Shown: positions 9,906 through 21,620, counted from the stretch's first letter. The stretch: DNA of 64,000 nucleotides from an uncultured Actinomycetota bacterium (GCA_963770565.1 CAVYQE010000011.1:512001-576000), one strand, 5' to 3'. Notes: generated from the sequence alone by a model not told the origin. Program-made: numbers and translations.

Positions 9906-10997
9906 ATGAGTATCCCGGTGCAGCCGATCGGCCCGGACGGCCGGAGCGGCCTCGACCTGATCCCGGTGGTCAGCGAAAAGGGAAACAAGAAGGAGTACAC
10001 CTCCGACCAGGAGGTGCGCTGGTGCCCGGGCTGCGGTGACTACGCGATCCTCGCCGCCGTCCAGTCGTTCCTGCCGGACCTCGGCCTCAAGCGCGAGAAC
10101 ATCGTGTGCGTCTCCGGGATCGGCTGCGCCGCGCGGTTCCCGTACTACCTCAACACCTACGGGATCCACTCGATCCACGGCCGGGCCCCCGCGATCGCGA
10201 CCGGTCTCGCGACCTCGCGGCCGGACCTGTCGGTGTGGGTCATCGGCGGCGACGGCGACTTCATGTCGATCGGCGGCAACCACCTGATCCACGCGCTGCG
10301 CCGCAACGTCAACCTCAAGCTGCTGATGTTCAACAACCGGATCTACGGGTTGACCAAGGGCCAGTACTCCCCGACGTCGGAGGTCGGCAAGATCACCAAG
10401 TCGACCCCGGCCGGCTCGGTGGATACCCCGTTCAACCCGGTGTCGCTCGCCCTCGGCGCGGAGGCCACCTTCGTCGCCCGCACGATCGACTCCGACCGCA
10501 AGCACCTGACCGCGGTCCTGCGTGCGGCGACCGAGCATCGTGGTGCGGCCTTCGTCGAGATCCTGCAGAACTGCAACATCTTCAACGACGGCGCTTACGA
10601 CGTCCTCAAGGACCCGGACACCCGCGACACCGCGGTGCTCCGGCTCGAGGACGGCGAGCCGGTGACCTTCGGCTCCGAGCGTGAGAAGGGCGTGCGGTTG
10701 ACCGGTCGCGGCGGGCTCGAGGTGGTCGATGTCGCCGACGCGGGAGCGGACACGATCCTCGTACACCACGTCGACCACGACGAGCCCGCGCTCGCCTTCA
10801 TGCTGTCGCGGCTGGGCAATGTCGATGGCGGCGTGACACCGATCGGGGTCTTCCGGTCGGTCAATCGGCCGACGTACGACGACGACGTCCGGGCCCAGGT
10901 CGACCACGCGGTCGCCACCCGCGGTCCCGGTGACCTGGCAGCGTTGCTGGCCAGCGGGGACACCTGGCGGATCGGCGCCTCGGGAGCAACCGGCTGA
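9906..10997 (+). CDS. korB: 2-oxoacid:ferredoxin oxidoreductase beta subunit
   Basis: WCPGCGD, SGIGC, HGRA, TPP motif GDGD..NN, YGLTKGQYSPT. Confidence 0.95.
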   Translation: MSIPVQPIGPDGRSGLDLIPVVSEKGNKKEYTSDQEVRWCPGCGDYAILAAVQSFLPDLGLKRENIVCVSGIGCAARFPYYLNTYGIHSIHGRAPAIATGLATSRPDLSVWVIGGDGDFMSIGGNHLIHALRRNVNLKLLMFNNRIYGLTKGQYSPTSEVGKITKSTPAGSVDTPFNPVSLALGAEATFVARTIDSDRKHLTAVLRAATEHRGAAFVEILQNCNIFNDGAYDVLKDPDTRDTAVLRLEDGEPVTFGSEREKGVRLTGRGGLEVVDVADAGADTILVHHVDHDEPALAFMLSRLGNVDGGVTPIGVFRSVNRPTYDDDVRAQVDHAVATRGPGDLAALLASGDTWRIGASGATG

Positions 10998-11109
10998 GTC
11001 GCTCAGCCGAGCACACAGATCGACCAAGTCAGTCCGCCGCGGCCCGTGCCGCAGCGTGGGGGCGTGATGGGATCGGGCGCGGTATCAACCCGAGCGCAGG
11101 GAGGGTCAC

Positions 11110-11862
11110 GTGGTGCTGGGCCTGCCCGACGGCGTGACCGCCTGTTTGTTTGACCTCGACGGGGTACTGACCGATACCGCTGCAGTGCACGCCGCCGCCT
11201 GGAAGGACACCTTCGACGCTCTCCTGCGCGCACGGTCGGAGCAGGACGGCGGCGAGTTCGTCCCGTTCGACGCGCACCGCGACTACCTGTCCTTCGTCGA
11301 CGGGAAGCCGCGCGAGGCCGGGGTGCGCGACTTCCTCGCCAGCCGGGGCATCACCTTGCCCGAAGGCACGCCGGACGACCAGCCCGACGATGACACGGTC
11401 TACGGCGTCGGCGCGCACAAGAACCGCGACCTGCGCGAGCGGATCCGGACCGACGGGGTCAAGGTCTTCGAGGGTTCACGCCGCTATCTGGAAGCGGCGC
11501 GCACGGCCGGGTTGCGGCGCGCGGTGGTGTCGTCGAGCGCCAACACCGCGGACGTCCTGGCGGTGACCGGGCTCGGCGACTACATCGAGCTCAGGGTCGA
11601 CGGGGTGACGATTCGCGAAGAACACCTCGCCGGCAAGCCGGCACCCGATACCTTTCTCTCCGCGGCTCATCGGCTCGGCGTCCAGCCTTCAGCGGCCGCG
11701 GTGTTCGAAGATGCCATTGCCGGGGTTCAGGCCGGCCGGGCCGGCGGCTTCGGCGCGGTGGTGGGGGTCGATCGAACGGGACAGGCAGCGGCGTTGCGGG
11801 ACAACGGGGCGAGCGTGGTCGTGCGCGACCTCGCTGAGCTACTCGACGGGGTGACGGAGTGA
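11110..11862 (+). CDS. Beta-phosphoglucomutase family HAD hydrolase
   Basis: [32 protein letters not shown]; overlaps the GH65 start. Confidence 0.9.
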   Translation: MVLGLPDGVTACLFDLDGVLTDTAAVHAAAWKDTFDALLRARSEQDGGEFVPFDAHRDYLSFVDGKPREAGVRDFLASRGITLPEGTPDDQPDDDTVYGVGAHKNRDLRERIRTDGVKVFEGSRRYLEAARTAGLRRAVVSSSANTADVLAVTGLGDYIELRVDGVTIREEHLAGKPAPDTFLSAAHRLGVQPSAAAVFEDAIAGVQAGRAGGFGAVVGVDRTGQAAALRDNGASVVVRDLAELLDGVTE

Positions 11863-14222
11863 TTGAGCAATCGGCGTACCCGGTTGAGCCGTGGGTGGTG
11901 CGCGAGACGAACCTCAACCTCGACCTGCTGGCGCAGTCCGAGTCGGTGTTCGCGCTATCGAACGGCCATATCGGGATGCGCGGCAACCTCGACGAGGGCG
12001 AGCCGCACGGCATCCCCGGCATGTATCTGAACTCCTTCTACGAGCAACGGCCTTTGCCGTACGCCGAAGCCGGGTACGGCTATCCCGAATCCGGCCAGAC
12101 CGTGGTCAACGTCACCAACGGCAAGCTGATCCGGGTGCTCGTCAACGACGAGCCGCTCGACGTCCGCTATGGCGAGCTGCGCGAGCACGAGCGGCTGCTC
12201 GACCTCCGCGCCGGCACGCTCACCCGCTCGCTCGACTGGGAGTCGCCGGCCGGCCAGCGGATCCGGGTGCGCTCGCGACGGCTTGTCTCGTTCGTGCAGC
12301 GGGCGGCGGCCGCGATCGAGTACATCGTCGAGCCGATCGACGCGCCGGCCCGATTCGTCGTGCAGTCCGAGCTGGTCGCCAACGAGGAGCTGCCGCGGCT
12401 GTCCGGCGACCCCCGGGTCTCCGCGATCCTCGACAACCCGCTGGTCGGCGTGGAGCACTCGCGCCAGGACAACGGCGGGATCCTGATGCATCACACCCGG
12501 GCGAGCAACCTGTCGATGGCGGCCGGGATGGACCACCTCATCGAGGGGCCGGGCCGGCTCGAGATCGACATCGACTCCCGCAACGACTGGGTACGCACCA
12601 CCGTGGTCGCCCAGCTGCGCCCGGGCGAGCAGCTGCGGCTCATCAAGCTGCTGGCCTACGGCTGGTCGAGCCTGCGATCGCGGCAGTCACTGCGCGACCA
12701 GGTGGCGGCGGCGCTGCGCAGTGCGCGCTACTCCGGCTTCGACGGCCTGCTCGAGGAGCAGCGTGCCTACCTCGACGAGTTCTGGGAGTCCGCGGACGTC
12801 GAGGTCGATGGCGACGCTGAGATCCAGCAGGCGGTGCGGTTCGGCCTGTTCCACGTGCTGCAGTCCGGCGCCCGCGCCGAGCGGCGCTGCATCCCGGCTA
12901 AGGGCCTGACCGGCCCGGGCTACGACGGGCACACCTTCTGGGACACCGAAGGCTTCGTCCTGCCCGTGCTGACCTACACCCAGCCGAGCGCGGCGGCCGA
13001 CGTGATCCGATGGCGACACTCGACCCTCGACCTCGCTAAGGAGCACGCGGCGAAGCTCGGCCTGAAGGGGGCGGCGTTTCCGTGGCGCACGATCCGCGGG
13101 CATGAGTGCTCCGGCTACTGGCCGGCCGGCACCGCCGGGTTCCACATCAACGCCGACATTGCCGACTCGGTGGAGCGCTACCGGACCGTCACCGGTGATG
13201 ACTCGGTCGATCGAGCCGGCGGCGTCGAGCTGCTCGTCGAAACCGCGCGGATGTGGATGTCGCTCGGTCACCATGACGAGGACGGCGCCTGGCACGTCGA
13301 CGGGGTGACCGGGCCGGACGAATACAGCGCGATCGCCGACGACAACGTCTTCACCAACCTGATGGCGGCGCGCAACCTGCAAGCCGCGGCCGAGGCGACC
13401 GTTCGCCATCCCGATATCGCCCGCGACCTCGGCGTCGATCTCGAAGAGGCCGCGAAGTGGCGCGACGCCGCCGCCGACGTCTACATCCCGTACGACGACA
13501 AGCTCGGCGTCCACCCGCAGTCGGAGGGCTACACCCGCCATGAGCTGTGGGACTTCGAGGCGTACAAGGACCGATACCCGCTGCTGCTGACCGCGCCGTA
13601 CTTCGACCTGTATCGCAAGCAGGTGGTCAAACAGGCCGACCTGGTGCTGGCCATGCACTGGTGCGGCGACCAGTTCACGGCGGAGGACAAGGCCCGCAAC
13701 GTCGACTACTACGAACGCCGGACGGTCCGCGACTCGTCGCTGTCGGCGTGCACCCAGGCGGTGATGGCGGCCGAGGTCGGCCACCTTCAGCTCGCCCATG
13801 ACTATGCCTACGAAGCGGCAATGATCGACCTTCGCGACCTGCACCAGAACAGCCGGGACGGCCTGCACATGGCGTCGCTCGCCGGCGCGTGGATCGCGCT
13901 GGTCGCAGGCTTCGGCGGGCTGCGCGACTACGGCCAGCGACTGATGTTCGACCCGGCCCTGCCGCCCGGAATCAGCCGGCTGTCCTTCAGCATCCGCTGG
14001 CGCGGGGTGCGGCTTCGGGTGGCGGTCGACCACCGTCAGGTGACCTACTCGCTGCACGACGGCGACAAGGGCGAGGTCGAGCTGCGCCACGACGGCGAGG
14101 ACATCGTGGTGACCGCGGCCAAGCCGGTGACCCGGCGGCTGAAGGCGCGCAAGCCCCGGCTCGAAGCGCCGTCACAGCCGGTCGGCCGGGAGCCGAATCG
14201 CCGGATGGCTGCCCCGTCCTGA
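11859..14222 (+). CDS. Glycoside hydrolase family 65 disaccharide phosphorylase
   Basis: [51 protein letters not shown]. Confidence 0.92.
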   Translation: MIEQSAYPVEPWVVRETNLNLDLLAQSESVFALSNGHIGMRGNLDEGEPHGIPGMYLNSFYEQRPLPYAEAGYGYPESGQTVVNVTNGKLIRVLVNDEPLDVRYGELREHERLLDLRAGTLTRSLDWESPAGQRIRVRSRRLVSFVQRAAAAIEYIVEPIDAPARFVVQSELVANEELPRLSGDPRVSAILDNPLVGVEHSRQDNGGILMHHTRASNLSMAAGMDHLIEGPGRLEIDIDSRNDWVRTTVVAQLRPGEQLRLIKLLAYGWSSLRSRQSLRDQVAAALRSARYSGFDGLLEEQRAYLDEFWESADVEVDGDAEIQQAVRFGLFHVLQSGARAERRCIPAKGLTGPGYDGHTFWDTEGFVLPVLTYTQPSAAADVIRWRHSTLDLAKEHAAKLGLKGAAFPWRTIRGHECSGYWPAGTAGFHINADIADSVERYRTVTGDDSVDRAGGVELLVETARMWMSLGHHDEDGAWHVDGVTGPDEYSAIADDNVFTNLMAARNLQAAAEATVRHPDIARDLGVDLEEAAKWRDAAADVYIPYDDKLGVHPQSEGYTRHELWDFEAYKDRYPLLLTAPYFDLYRKQVVKQADLVLAMHWCGDQFTAEDKARNVDYYERRTVRDSSLSACTQAVMAAEVGHLQLAHDYAYEAAMIDLRDLHQNSRDGLHMASLAGAWIALVAGFGGLRDYGQRLMFDPALPPGISRLSFSIRWRGVRLRVAVDHRQVTYSLHDGDKGEVELRHDGEDIVVTAAKPVTRRLKARKPRLEAPSQPVGREPNRRMAAPS

Positions 14223-14247
14223 GCCGGCCGTGACCTGGCCTGGCCGG

Positions 14248-14820
14248 TCAGCCGGCTGAGTTCCAGCGGGTGATGGCGGCGGTTTCGCGTTCCCAGCCGA
14301 GCACGCTGATGGTCGCCGTACCCAGCACCACCCGGGAGCCGCCGACCGGCGGCAGCTCGATCCAGCGGGCCGCCAGGATTCGCAGAATGTGACCGTGCGC
14401 GAACAGCATCACCCGGCCGTCGATCCCGCGGATGGTCTCGATGACGTGATCGGCTCTCGCGCCGACCCTGGCCAGGGTCTCGCCGTTGGGGCAGCCGTCG
14501 TCGAAGACGTCCCAGCCGGGATGCTGCTCGCGAATCTCGTTGGTGGTCAGGCCCTCGTAGTCGCCGTAGTCCCACTCGCGCAGGTCGGGGGTCACGACGG
14601 CGCGATCGCCGAATCCGGCCAGCGCGCAGGTCTCGAGCGCGCGCTGAAGCGGGCTGGTGAGGACGAGGTCGAAGTGCTGCCCCGCGAGCAGGGCGCCCAG
14701 CGCGCGAGCGGCGGCCCGGCCGTCGTCGTTGAGCGGGATGTCGCTCCGGCCGGTGTGCCTGAGCGCGACGCTCCAGTCGGTCGCGCCGTGCCGGGCCAGC
14801 CACACCTCGGGTTGGATCAC
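14248..14820 (-). CDS. Histidine phosphatase (phosphoglycerate mutase family)
   Basis: LARHGATDWS, TSPLQRA, EWDYGDYEG, FAHGHILR. Confidence 0.9.
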   Translation of the reverse strand: MIQPEVWLARHGATDWSVALRHTGRSDIPLNDDGRAAARALGALLAGQHFDLVLTSPLQRALETCALAGFGDRAVVTPDLREWDYGDYEGLTTNEIREQHPGWDVFDDGCPNGETLARVGARADHVIETIRGIDGRVMLFAHGHILRILAARWIELPPVGGSRVVLGTATISVLGWERETAAITRWNSAG

Positions 14821-14927
14821 ATTCGCAGGATGCCCGCTGATCTTCGGTCTGACGACCAGTTGTACGGCGTGTCGCGGCCAAAGTGGTCTCGAGCGCGAAG
14901 GTGGACGGTGGCACTAGGTTCAGCACC

Positions 14928-15764
14928 ATGCGGGGAGATGCGTTCACGGCCGCGGTCGACGGCGGCCAGGTCAGCGGCTGGGTGGTCGGCGACGGAGTGC
15001 CCGTGCTGATGCTGCACGGTGGCCCCGGGATGTCGTACGACTACCTCGAGGATCTCGCGGACGAGCTCGGCCCGGGCTACCGGATCGCGTCGTTCCAGCA
15101 GCGCGGGCTGGCGCCGTCGATGCTCGACGGCCCGTTCGACATCGACACCCATCTCGCCGACGTCAGCGCCGTGCTCGGAGCGCTGAACTGGCCGACCGCC
15201 TACGTCGTCGGGCACTCCTGGGGCGGTCACCTCGCCTTCCACGTCGCGGTCGCCCTCCCGGATCGGACGTCGGGGGTGCTTGCGCTCGACCCGCTCGGCG
15301 GGGTCGGCGACGGTGGCGAGGCGGAGTTCGGTGCGGAGATGGTGGCGCGCGTGCCGGAGGGCAGCCGGACTAGAGCGGCCGAGCTCGATGCCCGCGCGAT
15401 GGCCGGTGAGGGCACGGAGGAGGACGAGTTGGAGAGCCTCCGGCTGTTCTGGCCGGCGTACTTCGCCGACTTCGATTCGGCCCCGGCGATGCCGCCGCTC
15501 TCGCTCTCGGTCGCGGCGTACGCGGAGTGCTTTGACTCGGTCCGGGAGCGGCTGCCGGCCCTCGAGGCCGCCTTGCCGACCGTCTCGGTGCCGGTCGGAG
15601 TGGTGTCCGGCGCGCGCAGCCCGATGCCGGTCTCGTCGGCGCACGACACCGCCGCGGTGATCCCCGGGGCGTGGGTCGAGGTGGTCGAGGGCGCCGGCCA
15701 CTTCCCGTGGTTCGAGCGGCCCGGGTCGGTCCGTTCGGCGTTGGCCCGGCTGGTGGGGAGTTGA
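14928..15764 (+). CDS. Alpha/beta hydrolase
   Basis: LHGGPG, GHSWGG nucleophile elbow, GAGHFPWFE. Confidence 0.85.
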   Translation: MRGDAFTAAVDGGQVSGWVVGDGVPVLMLHGGPGMSYDYLEDLADELGPGYRIASFQQRGLAPSMLDGPFDIDTHLADVSAVLGALNWPTAYVVGHSWGGHLAFHVAVALPDRTSGVLALDPLGGVGDGGEAEFGAEMVARVPEGSRTRAAELDARAMAGEGTEEDELESLRLFWPAYFADFDSAPAMPPLSLSVAAYAECFDSVRERLPALEAALPTVSVPVGVVSGARSPMPVSSAHDTAAVIPGAWVEVVEGAGHFPWFERPGSVRSALARLVGS

Positions 15765-16585
15765 TGGCGGCGCTCGCCGATGTGGTTGCCGCCCTCGAAC
15801 GCCGGTATGACCCGAGCTGGGCCGCGGAGTGGGACTCGGTCGGCCTGGTCTGCGGCGATCCCGGCGCAGAGGTCGACACCGTGCTGTTCGCGATCGACCC
15901 GGTCGAGGTGGTGGTCGACGAGGCGGTCGCCGGCGGCGTGCAGCTGCTGGTCACCCACCATCCCTTGTTTCTCGGCGGCACCGACTCGGTGGCTGCGACG
16001 ACGGCCAAGGGCCGGGTGGTCCACCGGCTGATCACCAACGGGATCGGGTTGTACGTCGCCCACACCAACGCCGACGTCGCCGACCCGGGCGTGAGCGACG
16101 CGCTGGCCGGAGTCCTCGGCCTCGCCGACGTGCGGCCGATCGAGCCGACCGTCGAACGCGGGCTCGGGCGGATCGGTCGGCTGGCGGAGCCCATGACGCT
16201 GGGCCGCTTCGTCGCGATGGCCGCCGGGGCCCTGCCGGCCACCGTGTGGGGGCTGCGGGCCGGCGGCGACCCGGATCGTCGGGTCGCGAGCGTCGCGGTC
16301 TGCGGCGGCTCGGGCGGCGAACTGGCGGAGTCTGCCGCGGCGGCCGGGGCCGACGTACTCCTGACTGCGGATCTGAAGCACCACCGCAGCTCCGAAGCAC
16401 TGGCCGATGTCGACATCGCCCTCGTCGACGCCGCGCACTGGGCGACCGAGCAGCCGTGGGTGGCGCAGGCCGCCGCCCTCCTTGCCGACGACCTGCGCGC
16501 GGCGGGCACTAACGTGGAGACCAGATCGTCAACCATCGTCACCGACCCGTGGACCCTGCACGCCCACTCGCCTGAGGAACCGTGA
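15764..16585 (+). CDS. Nif3-like dinuclear metal centre protein
   Basis: AAEWDSVGL, THHPLF, AHTNAD, AVCGGSG, TADLKHH, AHWATE. Confidence 0.9.
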   Translation: MAALADVVAALERRYDPSWAAEWDSVGLVCGDPGAEVDTVLFAIDPVEVVVDEAVAGGVQLLVTHHPLFLGGTDSVAATTAKGRVVHRLITNGIGLYVAHTNADVADPGVSDALAGVLGLADVRPIEPTVERGLGRIGRLAEPMTLGRFVAMAAGALPATVWGLRAGGDPDRRVASVAVCGGSGGELAESAAAAGADVLLTADLKHHRSSEALADVDIALVDAAHWATEQPWVAQAAALLADDLRAAGTNVETRSSTIVTDPWTLHAHSPEEP

Positions 16586-17325
16586 AAGCCGCACCCGACG
16601 ACCAACTTCGACTCCTCGATGTCCAGGTGCTCGACTCTGCGCTCGATCGCCTGGCGCACCGTCGCGCGACGCTGCCCGAGCTCGCGACCATCGACTCCCT
16701 CCGGGACCGGAGCGACGAGATCGCCGATGACATCGTCCGGGCCGAGACCGAGGACAGCGATCTCGGCCGCGAGCAGGCGCGGGTCGACGCCGACGTCGAG
16801 ATGGTCCGGAGCCGGATGGAGCGTGACCAGCAGCGGCTCGACAGCGGCCAGGTGGGCTCACCGCGCGAGCTGGAGAACCTGCAGTCGGAGATCGAGTCGC
16901 TGCATCGGCGGCAGTCGGATCTCGAGGACGCCGAGCTCGAGGTCATGGAGCAGCGCGAGAGCATCGAGGCGCGGCTGAAGGAGTTGCGCACCGAGCAGGA
17001 GCAGGTCACCTCCTCGCTCGCCGGTGCCGAGCGCACCCGCGACGCGGCGTGGGCCGAGATCGACTCCGAGACCGAGAAGTCGCGGGCGCAGCGGGCGGAG
17101 CTCGCGGGGACGCTGCCGGACGACCTGGTCGCGCTGTACGAGAAGCTGCGCGCTTCCTCCGGCGGAGTCGGCGCGGCGGCATTGCACCGCGGCCGATGCG
17201 AGGGCTGTCACCTACAGCTCAACACGACCGACCTGAACAACCTGCGCGATGCGCCGGCCGACGACGTCGTGCGCTGCGAGGAGTGCCGGCGGATCCTGAT
17301 CCGCACCGCCGAGTCCGGGCTGTGA
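16582..17325 (+). CDS. Coiled-coil protein with C4-type zinc ribbon (Rv2229c-like)
   Basis: Long coiled coil, then CEGC..CEECRRIL. Confidence 0.9.
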   Translation: MKAAPDDQLRLLDVQVLDSALDRLAHRRATLPELATIDSLRDRSDEIADDIVRAETEDSDLGREQARVDADVEMVRSRMERDQQRLDSGQVGSPRELENLQSEIESLHRRQSDLEDAELEVMEQRESIEARLKELRTEQEQVTSSLAGAERTRDAAWAEIDSETEKSRAQRAELAGTLPDDLVALYEKLRASSGGVGAAALHRGRCEGCHLQLNTTDLNNLRDAPADDVVRCEECRRILIRTAESGL

Positions 17326-18473
17326 CTGCCGCCCGTCGCGTCATCGTCGAGGCGGATGGCGGCTCGCGCGGTAACCCCGGCCCGGCCGGGTACGGCGCCG
17401 TGGTTCGTGACGCCGAAACCGGTCAGGTGCTGCGCGAGGTCGCGGCCGGGATCGGGGTCGCGAGCAACAACGTCGCGGAGTACCGAGGCCTGATCGCGGG
17501 TCTCGAGGCCGCGCTCGACCTTGGCGCCGACGACGTCGAGGTCCGGATGGACTCGAAGCTCGTCGTCGAGCAGATGAGCAGCCGGTGGAAGGTCAAGCAC
17601 CCCGACATGAAGGTGCTGGCCGGCAACGCGGCCGGCTTCATCCGGCAGTTCCCGGCGGTGCGGTTCGTGCACGTGCCGCGGGAGCAGAACAAGCACGCCG
17701 ACCGGCTCGCCAACGAGGCGATGGACGACCAGGCAGCCCGACGCCCTTGGCAGCAACGCGGCGCCGGATCGGCTCGCGATCCGGTCGCCGCACCGGCCTC
17801 GGCCCGCAACTCGCTGTATGGCTGGGGCGGGCCACCCGGCGCGCCGACGGTCGCGATCCTGGTCCGTCACGGCGAGACCCCGCTGTCGGTCGAGAAGCGC
17901 TTCAGCGGTCACGGCGATGCCACGCTGACCGAGCGCGGCGAGGCCCAGGCGGCTGCGGTCGCGACAGCGCTGTCCGGCGCCGGGGTCGACGCGATCGTGT
18001 CATCGCCGCTTCGGCGCACCCGGCAGACCGCTTCGGCGATCGGTACTGCGATCGGCGTCGACGTGCAGGTGGATGACGGCTTCGCCGAGTCCGACTTCGG
18101 CGAGTGGGAGGGCTCGACGTTCGCCGAGCTCGCCAAGGAGCACGGCGCGCAGCTGCAGGCGTGGCTCGACGATCCCCGGATCGCGCCGCCCGGCGGCGAG
18201 AGCATGGCGGCAACCGCGGTACGGGTCGCGGCGGCCCGGGAACGAGTGGTGTCGTCGTACTCGGGGAAGACCGTCGTCGTGGTCTCCCACGTCACGCCGA
18301 TCAAACTGATGCTGCGCGACGCGCTCGATGCGCCGATGGACGCGGTCTTCCGGCTGCATCTGGACCCGGCGTCGGTGTCGGTCATCGACTGGTACGCGGA
18401 CCGGGCGTCCGTCGTCCGCCGGATGAACGACACCAGCCATCTGGGGGTTCTCTCCACCGGTTCGCACCACTGA
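17322..18473 (+). CDS. Bifunctional RNase HI / acid phosphatase (Rv2228c-like)
   Basis: EADGGSRGNPGPAGYG, NNVAEYRGL, MDSKLVVEQM, NKHADRLAN, followed by an RHG phosphatase domain. Confidence 0.92.
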   Translation: MTAARRVIVEADGGSRGNPGPAGYGAVVRDAETGQVLREVAAGIGVASNNVAEYRGLIAGLEAALDLGADDVEVRMDSKLVVEQMSSRWKVKHPDMKVLAGNAAGFIRQFPAVRFVHVPREQNKHADRLANEAMDDQAARRPWQQRGAGSARDPVAAPASARNSLYGWGGPPGAPTVAILVRHGETPLSVEKRFSGHGDATLTERGEAQAAAVATALSGAGVDAIVSSPLRRTRQTASAIGTAIGVDVQVDDGFAESDFGEWEGSTFAELAKEHGAQLQAWLDDPRIAPPGGESMAATAVRVAAARERVVSSYSGKTVVVVSHVTPIKLMLRDALDAPMDAVFRLHLDPASVSVIDWYADRASVVRRMNDTSHLGVLSTGSHH

Positions 18474-18478
18474 CGGCT

Positions 18479-19723
18479 GTGCACGAAGCGGTTGCCCTGC
18501 TCGCGCTCGTTGCGCTGCTTATCACCGCGGTACGCCGGCCCAACGGGCTGCCGGAGCTGGTGGTCGCGGTGCCCGCGGTCGGTCTGCTGCTCGCGGTCGG
18601 CGCGGTGTCGTTCCATGCCGCGAAGACGGTCGTCGAGCAGCTCGGGCCGGTGGTCGGCTTCCTGGCTGCGGTGCTGGTGATCGCCGAGTGTTGCGAGGAA
18701 GAGGGCGTGTTTCGCGCCCTCGGCGGGTTGATGAACCGCGGGTCGAGACGGTCGTCGTCGCGACTGTTGCTCGCAGTTGTCGCGGTGGCCTCGGTGACCA
18801 CGGCGTTGCTGTCGCTCGACACGACGGTGGTGCTGCTGACCCCGGTCGTGGTTGCGACACTGCGCGCCAGCCGGGCGGCGCCACGCCCGCCGCTGTATGC
18901 GACTGCACATCTGGCCAACTCGGCCTCGTTGCTGCTGCCGGTGTCGAACCTGACCAACCTGCTCGCGTTTGCCGTCGTGCCGGTGTCGTTCGGCCGGTTC
19001 GCGGCCTTGATGGCCTTGCCGTGGCTGGTGGCGATCGTGGTGGAGATCGCCGGGGTGCGGTCGGTCTTCCGAGCCGACTTCTCGGCCGCGCTCGCGGCGG
19101 TTGACGATCAGCCGCGGCCGCTTCCGCTGTTCGCGACGACCGTGGTCGGGGTGACCGTTGCCGGGTTTGCGGTCGCGTCGTTCGGCGGGATCGCGCCGGT
19201 ATGGGTGGCGACCGCCGGCGCAGTAGTCCTCGCGGTGCGGCAGATGGTCGGACGGCGTACCGGTATCGCGGGGATCGTGCGGTCGACGTCGCCGTCGTTC
19301 TGCTTGTTCGTCCTGGGGCTTGGCATCGTCGTCAGCGCGGTCTCCACGAATGGGCTCGGCCGGGTCGTGGCGCATCTGGTGCCGGGAGGCAGCGGATTCC
19401 TTTCGCTGCTCGGTGTGGCAGCGGTCGCGGCGGTCCTGTCGAACCTGATGAACAACCTGCCCGCGACGTTGCTCCTGCTACCGATTGCCGCGGTCGGGGG
19501 AGTGGGGCCGGCGCTCGCGGTGCTGATCGGGGTCGACATCGGCCCCAACCTCACCTACCCGGGATCGCTGGCCACCCTGTTGTGGCGCCGCGCGGTCGCG
19601 GGTGTCGACGGCGTGCCTGAGATCGGTGACTTCACCCGGCTCGGGGCGGTCACGGTGCCGGTCGCGATCGTCGGCTCGACCGCGGCGTTGTGGCTCTCGC
19701 TGAAGGTCATCGGCGTGGGCTGA
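18479..19723 (+). CDS. ArsB/NhaD (SLC13-like) membrane transporter
   Basis: LSLDTTVVLLTP, ANSASLLLPVSNLTNLL, NNLPA, GPNLTYPGSLATLLW. Confidence 0.85.
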   Translation: MHEAVALLALVALLITAVRRPNGLPELVVAVPAVGLLLAVGAVSFHAAKTVVEQLGPVVGFLAAVLVIAECCEEEGVFRALGGLMNRGSRRSSSRLLLAVVAVASVTTALLSLDTTVVLLTPVVVATLRASRAAPRPPLYATAHLANSASLLLPVSNLTNLLAFAVVPVSFGRFAALMALPWLVAIVVEIAGVRSVFRADFSAALAAVDDQPRPLPLFATTVVGVTVAGFAVASFGGIAPVWVATAGAVVLAVRQMVGRRTGIAGIVRSTSPSFCLFVLGLGIVVSAVSTNGLGRVVAHLVPGGSGFLSLLGVAAVAAVLSNLMNNLPATLLLLPIAAVGGVGPALAVLIGVDIGPNLTYPGSLATLLWRRAVAGVDGVPEIGDFTRLGAVTVPVAIVGSTAALWLSLKVIGVG

Positions 19724-19745
19724 CGGTGAATCTGCAGGGCTCGCG

Positions 19746-20528
19746 CTAGCCGCCCATCGTGGCGAGGGTGTCGCGCAGCACCCGGCAGCCTTCGCTCTTC
19801 GGGTCGAGGTGGACGAAGTGGTCGCCCTTCACCACCTCGAGCCGGCAGTCGTCGCCGGCCTCGGTGGCTTCCTCGACGTAGCGCCGGCTCTGGCTGAGCG
19901 GGACCAGCCGGTCGCGTCGGCTGTGGATCAGCACCGACCGCACCCCGGTCGGCAGCAGCAGCAACGGATCGGCGACGGCGTACCGGTCGGGTACGGCGGC
20001 CGGCAGTCCGCCGAGCAGGGCCTGAACCGCACCGCGGCCGAGCTTGGCCTCGGCGGCGACGGACAGCGCGACGACGCCGGCTTGCGGGATTGCGAGTGCG
20101 GGGCGGAGCGGGTCCGGGTGGTAGCCGGGAGCACCGGGTGAAAGCCGGTGGCGCGAGGCGAGCCAGGCGGCCAGGTGACCGCCGGCCGAGTGGCCGACGA
20201 CCGCGACCCGACTGGTGTCGACCCGGTGGGCAAGCGCGCCGCGGGTCAGGTGGTCGTAGGCGATCGCAACGTCGCTGATGGTTGCGGGCCACGGGTCGGC
20301 GCCGGAGCGGTAGTCGATGTTCCAGCAGAGGTAGCCCTGCTCGGCGAGGTCCATCGCGACCGGTAGCTCGAGATCCCGGTCGTAGTCGGTGCCCCAGAAG
20401 CCGCCGTGAATGAGCACGACAGTTGGACGTGGGTCGTCACCGGGTGGCGCATACCATTCGCCGACCTGGAGCCGGTGGGCGCCGTACGCCTCGACCAGTG
20501 TGGTGACCTCGGGACGTCGTCGTCTCAC
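19746..20528 (-). CDS. Alpha/beta hydrolase (esterase/lipase-like)
   Basis: LIHGGFW, GHSAGGHLA, D..VP..QS, GDHF; start uncertain (GTG 20528). Confidence 0.8.
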   Translation of the reverse strand: MRRRRPEVTTLVEAYGAHRLQVGEWYAPPGDDPRPTVVLIHGGFWGTDYDRDLELPVAMDLAEQGYLCWNIDYRSGADPWPATISDVAIAYDHLTRGALAHRVDTSRVAVVGHSAGGHLAAWLASRHRLSPGAPGYHPDPLRPALAIPQAGVVALSVAAEAKLGRGAVQALLGGLPAAVPDRYAVADPLLLLPTGVRSVLIHSRRDRLVPLSQSRRYVEEATEAGDDCRLEVVKGDHFVHLDPKSEGCRVLRDTLATMGG

Positions 20529-20596
20529 CCGGTGAGTCTCACATCTCCCGCACCCGCGCGTGCTGCGGCCGCTGCTGGGCCGGGGGAGCGGTCGGG

Positions 20597-21079
20597 TCAG
20601 ACCTTGGTCAGGAGGTTGTCGCAGCTCGAGGCATCGACGCCGGGCTTCTCCTCGACCTCGAGCTCGGTGAGCACGCCGTTTTCGATCACCGCTGCGTAGC
20701 GCGCCGAGCGGCGACCGAGGCCGCCGCCACTGAGATCGATCGCGAGGCCCATGGCTTCGGTGAACTCGCCGTTGCCGTCGGCGAGCATGACGATCTTGTC
20801 GCCCACGCCCTGGGCCGAGCCCCACGCGTCCATGACCCAGGCGTCGTTCACCGAGATGCACGCAATGGTGTCGACGCCCTTCGCAAACAGCTCGTCGGCG
20901 CGCTGGACATAGGCCGGAAGGTGGATGTTGGAGCAGGTCGGGGTGAAGGCACCGGGTACGGCGACCAGGACGACCTTGCCCTTGCCGAGTACGTCGCCGG
21001 ATCGCACCGCCTCGGGTTTCCCATCGCGGATCGTCTTCAGCTCGACGTCCGGGATCGCGCTGCCAAGTGTCAATGCCAT
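20597..21079 (-). CDS. Peroxiredoxin (Prx5-type redoxin)
   Basis: VPGAFTPTCSNIHLP, SVNDAWVMDAW, LADGNGEFT, RSARYA. Confidence 0.92.
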   Translation of the reverse strand: MALTLGSAIPDVELKTIRDGKPEAVRSGDVLGKGKVVLVAVPGAFTPTCSNIHLPAYVQRADELFAKGVDTIACISVNDAWVMDAWGSAQGVGDKIVMLADGNGEFTEAMGLAIDLSGGGLGRRSARYAAVIENGVLTELEVEEKPGVDASSCDNLLTKV

Positions 21080-21191
21080 GGGGTCCTGAGCTCCTCGTGC
21101 AGTGGGCGCCGCTCACGTGCGCCCGTCGTTTGACTCTCTTGAGCGTAGGCGGCGCTGGCTCGGCGCTGATCTTCGCCGTACCCTGATCGTG

Positions 21192-21576
<385 letters not shown>

Positions 21577-21620
21577 TTCTAGGCCTGTGACCTGGGGTTT
21601 TACCTGGACCAAGATCGCTA

